Positions 18,341-27,330 are shown, counted from the stretch's first letter. The stretch is DNA of 32,000 nt from Limnohabitans sp. 15K (GCF_002778285.1 NZ_NESM01000001.1:110529-142528); one strand, 5' to 3'. Notes: generated from the sequence alone by a model not told the origin. A program made the numbers and translations.

Positions 18341-18370
18341 AACCAAAGCTAATAGTAAAAAGCTTTGGTT
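18341..18370. terminator. 10-bp perfect stem hairpin, terminator-like in both orientations
   Basis: AACCAAAGCT, loop AATAGTAAAA, then AGCTTTGGTT. The + strand continues CTTTATTTAT and the - strand continues TTTTTCG. Confidence 0.45.
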
Positions 18371-18733
18371 CTTTATTTATGGAAAATATTGTGGGATTTA
18401 AGCGACTAAGCTTGCTTACGCTATACAAGCTCTACACGCTGTTTTTCACTGTGCCAGCTACCCAATGCTTCGCTCAGTGCTTTCAAGCGTTTGTAGCTTG
18501 TTTTTGCGTATCAGTTCTGCCCTACTGCTTTTGATTTGCTTTGTAGCCAAACAAATATGATGCGTACTGCTCATTATTTGAGTGTTTACTATAGTACTTT
18601 AGTTAAGTTTCATTGTTTGTTTGTGTGTTTGATTGCTTGTTTGATGTTTGTTTTAGACATAGCTACGCCATTAAGCACATTGCTGTGCTTTCAACCATCA
18701 ACCGCAAGCGTCACTTTGGACAGGAATGCTTAA

Positions 18734-19318
18734 CTACGGTAGGTAAAGATTTTTCATATCTTTACCGTCAAGTTTTTTTGTAATGTATGTGAGCCAACCC
18801 TCGTCAATCAAGTCGAGTTTGTATCTGTATTTTTCAGCCAAACTATTTGCTTCAGCGTCATAGTTTGGATTTGCAATTTCAAAGTCACCGCTCAATTCAA
18901 GTGCTTTTTTTACTGCTCTAACGAAATCTTTAAGCGGAACTTTTTCTGGCCTACGAATGGCAAAGTGAGCGTGTAAATCAATCAATTCTTGTTCACCCTC
19001 TGTCACCATCACAATGTCCAAACGCTTGTTAAAACGCTTGTAAGCTTGCTTGAATGTGAGCCTGTTTAGAAGCTCTACAAACCTATTGCTGGCGCTGACA
19101 AGCTCACTGCTGTTTAAGTGACGTAGTACCTGCGGGTTTTTCATCTCATAGCGAACTGATTTCTGCTTGTGATGCACCTTTTTGGGCATCAGCGTCAAAC
19201 CCATATCAAAACGCTGTTCGCAGCCCTTGCCAAGCCAATCTGCAAGCACCTGCCTGCGTGACAGCCTGTCATAGCCCTTTTGCTGGCATCTCTCCTGTAG
19301 TTCCTGTAATTTGCTCAT
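18734..19318 (-). CDS. YagK/YfjJ (inovirus gpII-like) family candidate, possible HUH nuclease/replication initiator
   Basis: The product from ATG 19318 is 194 aa. RFDMGLTL (compare RFDLHFP in YagK), LHAHFAI (u-H-u-H-u-u-u) and LTYITKK (YxxK) are in the order and spacing expected for HUH proteins. The track ORF extension to 19525 overlaps the divergent gene. Confidence 0.45.
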   Translation of the reverse strand: MSKLQELQERCQQKGYDRLSRRQVLADWLGKGCEQRFDMGLTLMPKKVHHKQKSVRYEMKNPQVLRHLNSSELVSASNRFVELLNRLTFKQAYKRFNKRLDIVMVTEGEQELIDLHAHFAIRRPEKVPLKDFVRAVKKALELSGDFEIANPNYDAEANSLAEKYRYKLDLIDEGWLTYITKKLDGKDMKNLYLP

Positions 19319-19420
19319 ACGTTTATTTATACAAACCAAAGAAAAGGAGATAGTTTTTTCAGGTTGTCCTATAGACATTTTGGTTATATAGTTTAGTTTT
19401 AACAACCAAAAAGGTGATAT

Positions 19421-19861
19421 ATGACAGCCATTGCAAAGCTTAAGCTGGTATCCAGCAAGAAAGAGCGTAACGTTAGTCCAGTCGTAGCTCGCAGAAACAA
19501 ACTTGCAGGAAAAATTGATGAGCAATTGCTGTTTGCTACTGCACAGCGAGATGGACAGATTTATGCTCCAAAACGGCTAAAGAACGTCATTGACAAAGCA
19601 ACTGGTGAACGAAAAACAGTTGAAGCGACAAAGCGTATTAAAGAATGGTACTGGACGAACAGTACAGGCAAAATCCATCTGTCTGTTCGCTACGGAAGCA
19701 AAACACTTGAGTTGGCTAAAGGCAAGAACGCTATTGAATTGAACTCTGGTGATGAATTGCTTGCGACACTGGCAACGCTGAAAGAAGCTGTTATTGCAGG
19801 CGAATTAGATGATGCCATCGCTCAAGCAAGCGACAAACTGAAAGCAGGATTCACCAAATAA
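19421..19861 (+). CDS. conserved hypothetical protein (146 aa)
   Basis: AAGGTGA lies upstream of the ATG. The pattern SPVVARRNKL...YAPKRL...RIKEWYW...VRYGSKTLELAKGKNAIE...AGELD resembles a hypothetical family I recall from plasmids and islands. I cannot verify the family name. Confidence 0.55.
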   Translation: MTAIAKLKLVSSKKERNVSPVVARRNKLAGKIDEQLLFATAQRDGQIYAPKRLKNVIDKATGERKTVEATKRIKEWYWTNSTGKIHLSVRYGSKTLELAKGKNAIELNSGDELLATLATLKEAVIAGELDDAIAQASDKLKAGFTK

Positions 19862-19882
19862 AGAGATTTTAAAATTACAAAT

Positions 19883-19932
19883 AGCTCCATTTGAGATTAC
19901 TGATAAGTAATTTTGAATGGAGCTTTCTTATG
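19883..19932 (+). terminator. long hairpin (about 19 bp including G-U pairs, GAUA loop) followed by a T-rich tract
   Basis: AGCTCCAT-TTGAG-ATTACT-GATA-AGTAAT-TTTGA-ATGGAGCT, then TTCTTAT. It starts 22 nt after the stop of the 146-aa gene. The right arm contains the GGAG that would serve ATG 19930. Confidence 0.45.
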
Positions 19933-20118
19933 ACTATAAATGAACTTAAAGGTATCAAACCAATTGGACCTATGTCGCCTGAAAAGGCACGAATTGAAGC
20001 ACTCAAAAGAACGAAAGATACGGCAGCTAAAAACTTAAAGGCAGAGAGAGAACGTCAAAAACTCGCAAAAGCGAGAGACACCGTTTCTGCTCTCGCTTTT
20101 AAGTCAATCAAGCTTTGA
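19930..20118 (+). CDS. hypothetical small basic protein (62 aa)
   Basis: ATG 19930 has GGAG 8 nt upstream, but that SD is buried in the hairpin. The product is Lys/Arg/Ala-rich and probably helical. Confidence 0.3.
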   Translation: MTINELKGIKPIGPMSPEKARIEALKRTKDTAAKNLKAERERQKLAKARDTVSALAFKSIKL

Positions 20119-20230
20119 TGTAGGCACCATACAAGCTGTCGTTTTGTTTTCCGTTTGCGACACGGTTTGTCTGCCTATTTTAACGCCGCTGTAGGGCTGC
20201 TTTGACGTGTTTATTGGTGCCATTAAGCGA

Positions 20231-21322
20231 TTACTTAAGTGGAATTTTAAGGAAACCACCCCAGTCTGATATGAGCGCGCCTTCAGACTCAATCATCCAT
20301 CGCATAGATGTAAATTTATAACTTTTTCGAGTTGGGTCCACCCAATCTTTATTCTCGTAAATTACTTCAGAATTTTTACCACATATCTTTTGGATGAAAA
20401 CACCTCTGTACCAAATTGCTCTATTGCCTTTTTCTCCGCCAGTCCGCATTACATACAAACAGTTGTCATTTTTCGACAGTATAAAATCCAAAACATTGCC
20501 AGCGCCAGATACGGGCGGGATAGTTAACCCGCCAAAATTTGCGAACTCATTTTTACCATTATTAAAATATATTGTTGTGGGCGTTTCCCACTCATGTGCG
20601 CCAGATATAACGTCGAACTTTCCATCACTGTTCACATCTATTAGTTCAATTGAAAATGCACGTTTAATTTGACTTAATGTCCTGTCATATTTGAACTTTC
20701 CATCTCCCAAGTTAATATAGAGTTTGGGGCTATTCATTGTACCTACTAGCAAATCAGGAAATCCATCTCCGTTAAAATCCTCACTTGCACCCCCATGATA
20801 AAAATCTACATCGTCGTGCAAAACTTGAAAATCATATTCATTGGAAGATTTACTCAATAAAATCTTCATCTTTTCACCTGGAAATGGCATTGCATCATAT
20901 CCCTGACACATAAATGCAAAATCAATTACATTGTCATTATTAAAATCAGCGGAAACTATTTTTCGAGCATGGATACATGTCTCTGCTTTGTAATTTATTT
21001 TCACATCTGCTTTTACCCACTCTGAATTATTCATTACATAAAAATTTACTATTCCAGATTTTGCTTGTTGCAATGTGTGATTATGCGTTTGATACCCATG
21101 CTCATTTGCAAGTAAGCCATTATTGCCATCTGCATATTTAAAAAAGGCTCTTGCCTCCGCCAATAATGGAGTACGCCCCCATGAATCAAGAGGAAATGTT
21201 TCAGAATAAAAAGGTGGATGTTTGGCGTTCTGATAGGAGCTTATTTTGTCGAATGAATTAGCATTCGTACAATTCAAATAAACCACCAAAAACAAGAAAA
21301 TCAACTTTGTAAAATTAGTCAT
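20231..21322 (-). CDS. secreted FG-GAP/VCBS-repeat (beta-propeller) protein
   Basis: The signal peptide is MTNFTKLIFLFLVVYLNCTNA. Repeated Ca-binding-type motifs are DFNNDNVIDFAF, DFNGDGFPDLLVG and DVNSDGKFDVISG. AGAGG lies upstream of the ATG. Confidence 0.7.
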   Translation of the reverse strand: MTNFTKLIFLFLVVYLNCTNANSFDKISSYQNAKHPPFYSETFPLDSWGRTPLLAEARAFFKYADGNNGLLANEHGYQTHNHTLQQAKSGIVNFYVMNNSEWVKADVKINYKAETCIHARKIVSADFNNDNVIDFAFMCQGYDAMPFPGEKMKILLSKSSNEYDFQVLHDDVDFYHGGASEDFNGDGFPDLLVGTMNSPKLYINLGDGKFKYDRTLSQIKRAFSIELIDVNSDGKFDVISGAHEWETPTTIYFNNGKNEFANFGGLTIPPVSGAGNVLDFILSKNDNCLYVMRTGGEKGNRAIWYRGVFIQKICGKNSEVIYENKDWVDPTRKSYKFTSMRWMIESEGALISDWGGFLKIPLK

Positions 21323-21348
21323 TGTTTGCCTCTTTCATTGATTGACGT

Positions 21349-22632
21349 TTACTTGGGAATCAACATCCCGTCTTTGTACTCATAATCTGCCAAAGCATTG
21401 CTAATCATCTTCGCTTCTGTTGTATGGTAATAAGTCTTCTCAATTTGCGAGATGCTTGTACCGCACATCTCTGCTACTGCCGCAGGTGGCAAGTTACTGT
21501 TGACACGTTTGGTAATGAAGTAATGCCTAAAGCTGTATGGCACTAAGTCTCTATTTTCTGTGTGTTTAATTTCTGCCAGCTCAATAATTTTGTCAAAGTG
21601 GTAGCCAATTGAGCGTGGCGTAATACAGCTTTCACCATTAAGCCTAAAAATTAAAGAGTTTGCAAATTTAGCTTTTTTGTCCTCGCCTTCGTATTCATCT
21701 GCAAAGCGTTTGTATTGAAGCTTAAATAGTCTGTCAAAGTAATCCAAATCTTTAATTACAAATCTTCGTGTCTTTAAGACTTTGCTTGTTTCCGCACGTA
21801 CAGTTATTCTTACTAAATTGAAGTCAACTCCGTCTTTTCCACCAACGTTGTGCTCGAATTCTGTAATGTCTTTCCAGCGTAGTTGTAATTGCTCGCCTCT
21901 GCGTAATCCACTAAGTAAGCTAATCATCAAATAGTAGCCAGTAATTGCCTTTATTAGATTTCCGCTTTCATCGATTTGCTTCTCTGCTTCATCAATGTAC
22001 TTGTCAAGCTCGTTACTAATGTCGCGCACTTCATCGTCTGTAAACGTTGCACGTCGATTTTCATCAAGTCCTTTGTCGATACGCTTTAATTTCTTAAAGT
22101 CGAAGCCATCAATGTTTGTTTCTTTGTGCTTATGAAGCCAAGCAATCATTGCATTTATGGTGCTTTGTTCATTCTCAACAGTAGTCTGACTAATCTTTAT
22201 GTTTTTCTTTGTCTTTGTTCTTTTGTAGCCGTAATCTTCGCAATCCGTTCGCTCTAATTCCTTAAGCTTTACGTCTTTGCCAATAAAGTTAAGCCAATGA
22301 TTTAGATGTGTGCTGATTGTTTTGTATCTGCCAACGACAATGTGTGTGCCAATTTCTTTCTTTTTGTATTCCAAAAACATCTCAACACCCATCTTAGTGG
22401 TGATTGAAAAATAGCTTTTGCCTTGCTTCTCCATCACCTTAAGCTCGTAGTAATGGCTCTCAGCTTTGTCGATAGCTGTGCTTTTGCTTCGTGTTTTTAG
22501 ACTGAAACGGGCGTATTTGTGTTCGTTGGGCAGCCACATACGCATCTGCCAAAACTCGCCTCGTTTGTACAGAACGGCGTTGTCAAACAGCGGAATTTCG
22601 TCGTCGCTAAATTGCTTTTTTTTGAGCGTCAT
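21349..22632 (-). CDS. int: tyrosine-type site-specific integrase of the island
   Basis: LSGLRRGEQLQLRW (Arg I), YSFRHYFITK (H-x-x-R) and SQIEKTYYH (catalytic Tyr). The gene is adjacent to the att core at guaA. The track start 22668 is TTG, and the first ATG is at 22632. Confidence 0.9.
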   Translation of the reverse strand: MTLKKKQFSDDEIPLFDNAVLYKRGEFWQMRMWLPNEHKYARFSLKTRSKSTAIDKAESHYYELKVMEKQGKSYFSITTKMGVEMFLEYKKKEIGTHIVVGRYKTISTHLNHWLNFIGKDVKLKELERTDCEDYGYKRTKTKKNIKISQTTVENEQSTINAMIAWLHKHKETNIDGFDFKKLKRIDKGLDENRRATFTDDEVRDISNELDKYIDEAEKQIDESGNLIKAITGYYLMISLLSGLRRGEQLQLRWKDITEFEHNVGGKDGVDFNLVRITVRAETSKVLKTRRFVIKDLDYFDRLFKLQYKRFADEYEGEDKKAKFANSLIFRLNGESCITPRSIGYHFDKIIELAEIKHTENRDLVPYSFRHYFITKRVNSNLPPAAVAEMCGTSISQIEKTYYHTTEAKMISNALADYEYKDGMLIPK

Positions 22633-22680
22633 AAAGCTTTGGGTAACTACAGTTTTGAGTAGCCGCAACGCTGTGCGACT

Positions 22681-22782
22681 CTTTGTGTAACTGTAAACCC
22701 AAAAGCGTTTAAAAGCAACGACTTAGCGTGTCGCGTGAAACTTTTGTGTAAGCTGAAAACCTATATAAATCAACAACTTAGC
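22681..22782 (+). promoter_or_regulatory. two imperfect tandem units upstream of int (candidate arm-type integrase/RDF binding sites and int promoter region)
   Basis: Unit 1 is CTTTGTGTAACTGTAAACC..AGCAACGACTTAGCGT (22681-22729). Unit 2 is CTTTTGTGTAAGCTGAAAACC..ATCAACAACTTAGC (22741-22782). Confidence 0.45.
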
Positions 22783-22790
22783 TCAAAAAA

Positions 22791-22806
22791 GTCACTCCCA
22801 CTCGAT
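22791..22806. repeat. attR-like core overlapping the guaA stop codon
   Basis: GTCACTCCCACTCGAT has reverse complement ATC GAG TGG GAG TGA, the true end of guaA. It is a direct repeat of 13641-13656. Confidence 0.75.
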
Positions 22807-24405
22807 CGTTGCCGGTGGTTTTGAGCTCACGTCGTATGTGACTCGGTTGATGCCGCGCACCTCGTTGATGATACGCCCCGACACTTTCTTGAGCAGCGCA
22901 TAAGGCAACTCAGCCCAGTCGGCGGTCATGAAGTCGCTGGTTTGCACAGCGCGCAGGGCCACGACGTAGTCGTAGGTGCGCCCGTCGCCCATCACGCCCA
23001 CGCTTTTCACGGGCAAGAACACCGTGAAAGCCTGGCTGGTCAGGTCGTACCAGGTCTTGCCCGATTCGTCCGTGAAGTTGCGCAGCTCTTCGATGAAGAT
23101 CGCGTCGGCACGGCGCAGCAAGTCGGCGTATTCTTTTTTCACTTCGCCCAAAATGCGCACGCCCAAACCGGGGCCTGGGAAGGGATGGCGGTAAACCATC
23201 TCGCGGGGCAAACCCAGCGCCACGCCGAGTTCGCGCACTTCGTCTTTGAAGAGTTCGCGCAGCGGCTCCAGCAGTTTCAAGCCCAATTGCTCGGGCAAAC
23301 CGCCCACGTTGTGGTGGCTCTTGATGGTGACGGCTTTCTTGCTCTTGGCGCCGCCCGACTCGATCACGTCGGGGTAAATCGTGCCTTGGGCCAGGAATGT
23401 CGCGCCTTTGTGGCCGCCGTCGCCTGCTTTCAATTTCGCAGCCTGCTCTTTGAACACGTCCACAAACAAGCCGCCAATGATCTTGCGCTTGGCTTCAGGC
23501 TCGCTCACGCCCGCCAGTTTGCCGAGGAACAAGTCGCTGGCATCGACGCGGATGACTTTCGCGTGCAGCTTGCCCACGAACATCTCCATGACCATGTCAC
23601 CTTCATTGAGCCGCAGCAGACCGTGGTCCACAAACACGCAGGTCAGCTTGTCGCCGATAGCGCGGTGGATCAAAGCAGCAGCCACCGACGAATCGACGCC
23701 GCCCGACAAGCCGAGGATGACTTCTTCGTCACCCACTTGCTCTCGGATTTTGGCCACGGCTTCTTCGATGTAGTCGCCCATGATCCAGTCTTGGCGGGCC
23801 TGGCATATGTCGAGCACAAAACGGTTGAGCAGCGCCTGGCCTTGCACGGTGTGTGTGACTTCGGGGTGGAACTGCACCGCATAAAAACGGCGGGCCTCGT
23901 CGGCCATGCCTGCAATCGGGCAAGCCGGGGTCGAGGCCATGACCTTGAAACCGTCTGGCATCTGGGTGACCTTGTCGCCGTGGCTCATCCAGACCTTGAG
24001 CATGCCGTGGCCTTCGGCCGTGGCGAAGTCTTCAATGCCTTTGAGCAGTTCAGTGTGGCCGTGGGCGCGGACTTCGGCGTAGCCAAACTCGCGCGTGGTG
24101 CCTGCCTCGACCTTGCCGCCGAGTTGCTGGGCCATGGTTTGCATGCCGTAGCAAATGCCCAGCACGGGAATGTCCAGTTCAAACACAGCATCGGGGGCTC
24201 GGTCGTCAACTTCGTAGACGCTGGCATGGCTGCCCGACAGGATCACGCCTTTGAGGTTGCCGTCCTTGGCGTATTCACGCACCCAATCGCTGCTCACATC
24301 GCAGGGATGAACTTCGCAGAACACATGGGCCTCACGCACACGACGGGCGATGAGCTGGGTGACTTGCGAGCCGAAGTCGAGAATCAGGATCTTGGAGTGC
24401 TGCAT
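22792..24405 (-). CDS. guaA: GMP synthase (glutamine-hydrolysing)
   Basis: The 537-aa protein has the GATase domain (GICYGMQ, catalytic Cys), the ATP-PPase P-loop (LSGGVDSSV) and the canonical C-terminus PPATIEWE. Confidence 0.97.
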   Translation of the reverse strand: MQHSKILILDFGSQVTQLIARRVREAHVFCEVHPCDVSSDWVREYAKDGNLKGVILSGSHASVYEVDDRAPDAVFELDIPVLGICYGMQTMAQQLGGKVEAGTTREFGYAEVRAHGHTELLKGIEDFATAEGHGMLKVWMSHGDKVTQMPDGFKVMASTPACPIAGMADEARRFYAVQFHPEVTHTVQGQALLNRFVLDICQARQDWIMGDYIEEAVAKIREQVGDEEVILGLSGGVDSSVAAALIHRAIGDKLTCVFVDHGLLRLNEGDMVMEMFVGKLHAKVIRVDASDLFLGKLAGVSEPEAKRKIIGGLFVDVFKEQAAKLKAGDGGHKGATFLAQGTIYPDVIESGGAKSKKAVTIKSHHNVGGLPEQLGLKLLEPLRELFKDEVRELGVALGLPREMVYRHPFPGPGLGVRILGEVKKEYADLLRRADAIFIEELRNFTDESGKTWYDLTSQAFTVFLPVKSVGVMGDGRTYDYVVALRAVQTSDFMTADWAELPYALLKKVSGRIINEVRGINRVTYDVSSKPPATIEWE

Positions 24406-24431
24406 GGCAGGCGCCGTTCTAAAGAAATGAA

Positions 24432-24456
24432 AAGGCGTCTGGGTTGCAGACGCCTT
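24432..24456 (-). terminator. hairpin between guaB and guaA (attenuator or partial terminator)
   Basis: AAGGCGTCTG, loop GGTTG-like, then CAGACGCCTT. On the - strand it is followed by TTTCATTTCTTT. Confidence 0.4.
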
Positions 24457-24474
24457 GAAGGTCAGTTGAAGATT

Positions 24475-25947
<1,473 letters not shown>

Positions 25948-26004
25948 CTAAGGCTCCAAAAAATGGATTGTACCCGTGCATGCCAAGGGATTTCCCTGAT
26001 TTTT

Positions 26005-26032
26005 TAGCAAAAACAGGGCCCACCAAGGCCCT
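26005..26032 (-). terminator. rho-independent terminator after the methyltransferase gene
   Basis: On the - strand: AGGGCC, loop TTGGTG, GGCCCT, then GTTTTTGCTAAAAAA. Confidence 0.5.
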
Positions 26033-26044
26033 CCCCTCGCGAGC

Positions 26045-26953
26045 TCAGGCGTTTTGGTAATGCAGCACCTTGAGCGACTTTTCTGGGTCGATGTCGGCAA
26101 AAGCCGCGGGATTGGTCAAGCGTTCCACAAAGCGCAAGCCGGGTGCCGCTTCGGCCACCTGGGCGTGCAAAAAAGCCGTGTCCAATTCGGGCGCGTTCAA
26201 GCACAGCAACACATGACCTTGCGGCTCCAGCAAATCGGGCAAGCGCCTGATCAGCTTGATGTAGTCCTTGGTGGCGATGAAACTGCCCTTTTGGTAGCTG
26301 GGCGGATCGATCACGATCACGCCATAAGGCCCCATCTTGCTGATCTTGCCCCAGGTCTTGAAGATGTCATGGCCCAGAAAGCGGGCTTTGGCGGGCAGGT
26401 CGTTGAGGCGGTGGTTTTGCTGCCCTACGGCCAGAGCGGCCTGGCTCATGTCCAAGTTCACCACTTGCGCCGCGCCGCCTTGCAAGGCGACCACCGAAAA
26501 CGCGCAGGTGTAGGCAAACAGGTTGAGGATGTTTTCGTGTTGGGCGTGGTTCTTCAGCCATTCGCGGCCGTTGGCCATGTCCAGAAACAAGCCATGGTTC
26601 TGACCACGCAGAACATGCACCAGGTACTTGGCGCCCTGCTCTGTCACCACATGGGGTTCAGGCACAGCGCCAGACATCAGGCGCGTTTCGGCTTCACCAG
26701 CAGCGCGGCATTGGAACACCCAATTCAAGGGCTCACCGGGTGCCAGCGTTTGCCAACGGGTTTGCAGCGCACTTTGGCAAAGGGCCAGTTCTTCTTCGGT
26801 CACCGGCTTGAAGCTGGTCAGCACCCAGACGGGGGCAAACCAGTCCAATGACCATTGCTCAGATACGGGGTAAAGCCCCCCACGTCCGTGAAAGACCCTC
26901 TGCGCATCCGTGGTGATGTGCATCTGAGCGATGGCATTCAAAAGGTCTTGCAT
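26045..26953 (-). CDS. class I SAM-dependent (RlmI/YccW-like) methyltransferase
   Basis: NLFAYTCAFSVVA...VNLDMS...VIVIDPPSY are SAM-MTase motifs I and IV. The start is set to ATG 26953 (MQDLLNAI). The longer ORF to 27217 overlaps rnfH. Confidence 0.7.
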   Translation of the reverse strand: MQDLLNAIAQMHITTDAQRVFHGRGGLYPVSEQWSLDWFAPVWVLTSFKPVTEEELALCQSALQTRWQTLAPGEPLNWVFQCRAAGEAETRLMSGAVPEPHVVTEQGAKYLVHVLRGQNHGLFLDMANGREWLKNHAQHENILNLFAYTCAFSVVALQGGAAQVVNLDMSQAALAVGQQNHRLNDLPAKARFLGHDIFKTWGKISKMGPYGVIVIDPPSYQKGSFIATKDYIKLIRRLPDLLEPQGHVLLCLNAPELDTAFLHAQVAEAAPGLRFVERLTNPAAFADIDPEKSLKVLHYQNA

Positions 26954-26961
26954 GACGGCTT

Positions 26962-27330
26962 TCAATAACCCGCAGCCGAGCCGCTTTTGCGGTTGGCAAA
27001 CAAACCTGTGCGCCCCTTGCCTTGGCGCTTGAAGCGCTGGCGGCGGGCCACTTTGGGATCGACTTTGAGAGGACGATAAAGCTCGATGCGGTCGCCCGCC
27101 TGCACCTCTTGCGTCCAAGGCACCTGACGGCCCCAAATGCCGGGCTGATGAAATTTCAGCGATGACAAAATTGACGCATCGGCGGCCACTTGGCTTTGCC
27201 CCCAATGCACCATGCACTGCTCCAGCGCCGCCTCGACCGTGCTGCGCTCGGGCACCGCAAGGCTGATCTCTTGAACGTGGCGCGGCCCAAGGCTCCAGCA
27301 GAGTGTGACCTGAACCGTCAGCTCAGCCAT
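26962..27330 (-). CDS. rnfH: RnfH-family ubiquitin-like protein (RatB)
   Basis: The motif GDRIELYRPL and the basic tail are RnfH features. ATG 27330 overlaps the ratA stop (ATGGCTGA). The ratA-rnfH pairing is conserved. Confidence 0.8.
   Translation of the reverse strand: MAELTVQVTLCWSLGPRHVQEISLAVPERSTVEAALEQCMVHWGQSQVAADASILSSLKFHQPGIWGRQVPWTQEVQAGDRIELYRPLKVDPKVARRQRFKRQGKGRTGLFANRKSGSAAGY

Larger units (their letters stand above)
13641..22806. mobile_element. about 9.2 kb low-GC integrative genomic island inserted in the 3' end of guaA
   Basis: There is an abrupt compositional drop (about 30-45% GC by eye against >60% in the flanks). The island is bounded by 16-bp direct repeats GTCAYTCCCACTCRAT. 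A tyrosine integrase is adjacent to guaA. No tRNA is involved. Confidence 0.85.

Noticed and set aside
18253-18733. Two + strand ORFs (93 and 65 aa) filling the long spacer.
   Set aside because: They have non-ATG starts and no SD. Their F/L/C-rich products simply reflect the T/G-rich strand, so I treated the region as non-coding.
17629-18733. A FimS-like invertible promoter switch next to the small recombinase.
   Set aside because: I looked for flanking inverted repeats of at least 9 bp around 18205-18733 and 16174-16536. I found only the local 10-bp hairpin and direct repeats. Manual search is not exhaustive, so the idea is kept as a hypothesis under the recombinase finding, not annotated.
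19333-19417. The direct repeat AACCAAAGAAAAGGAGA / AACCAAAAAGGTGA in the divergent promoter region between the HUH-like and 146-aa genes.
   Set aside because: The second copy is simply the SD region of the 146-aa gene. The first has no start codon at a usable distance. It may be an operator duplication, but the repeat is too short and A-rich to support a call.
19319-19525. The N-terminal extension of the 18734.. ORF (to 263 aa). There are similar extensions at 14918-15019, 16483-16536, 17629..18294 and 21349..22668.
   Set aside because: The extensions overlap neighbouring genes or promoters, or begin at TTG. Internal ATGs give sensible N-termini (signal peptides, SD sites).
20585-20594. A third copy of the att-core-like decamer TTCCCACTCA, in the same orientation as the att repeats.
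   Set aside because: It lies inside the FG-GAP coding sequence, where it encodes EWE (GAHEWETP). A sub-element bounded here would split a gene. It is probably coincidence, although it could act as a pseudo-att site.
13641-22806. Whether the island is a prophage, ICE, transposon or CRISPR/defence island.
   Set aside because: I recognise no capsid, tail, terminase, type IV secretion or relaxase genes, no transposase, no terminal inverted repeats, no repeat-spacer array and no defence-system domains. Only the integrase-type boundaries are supported.
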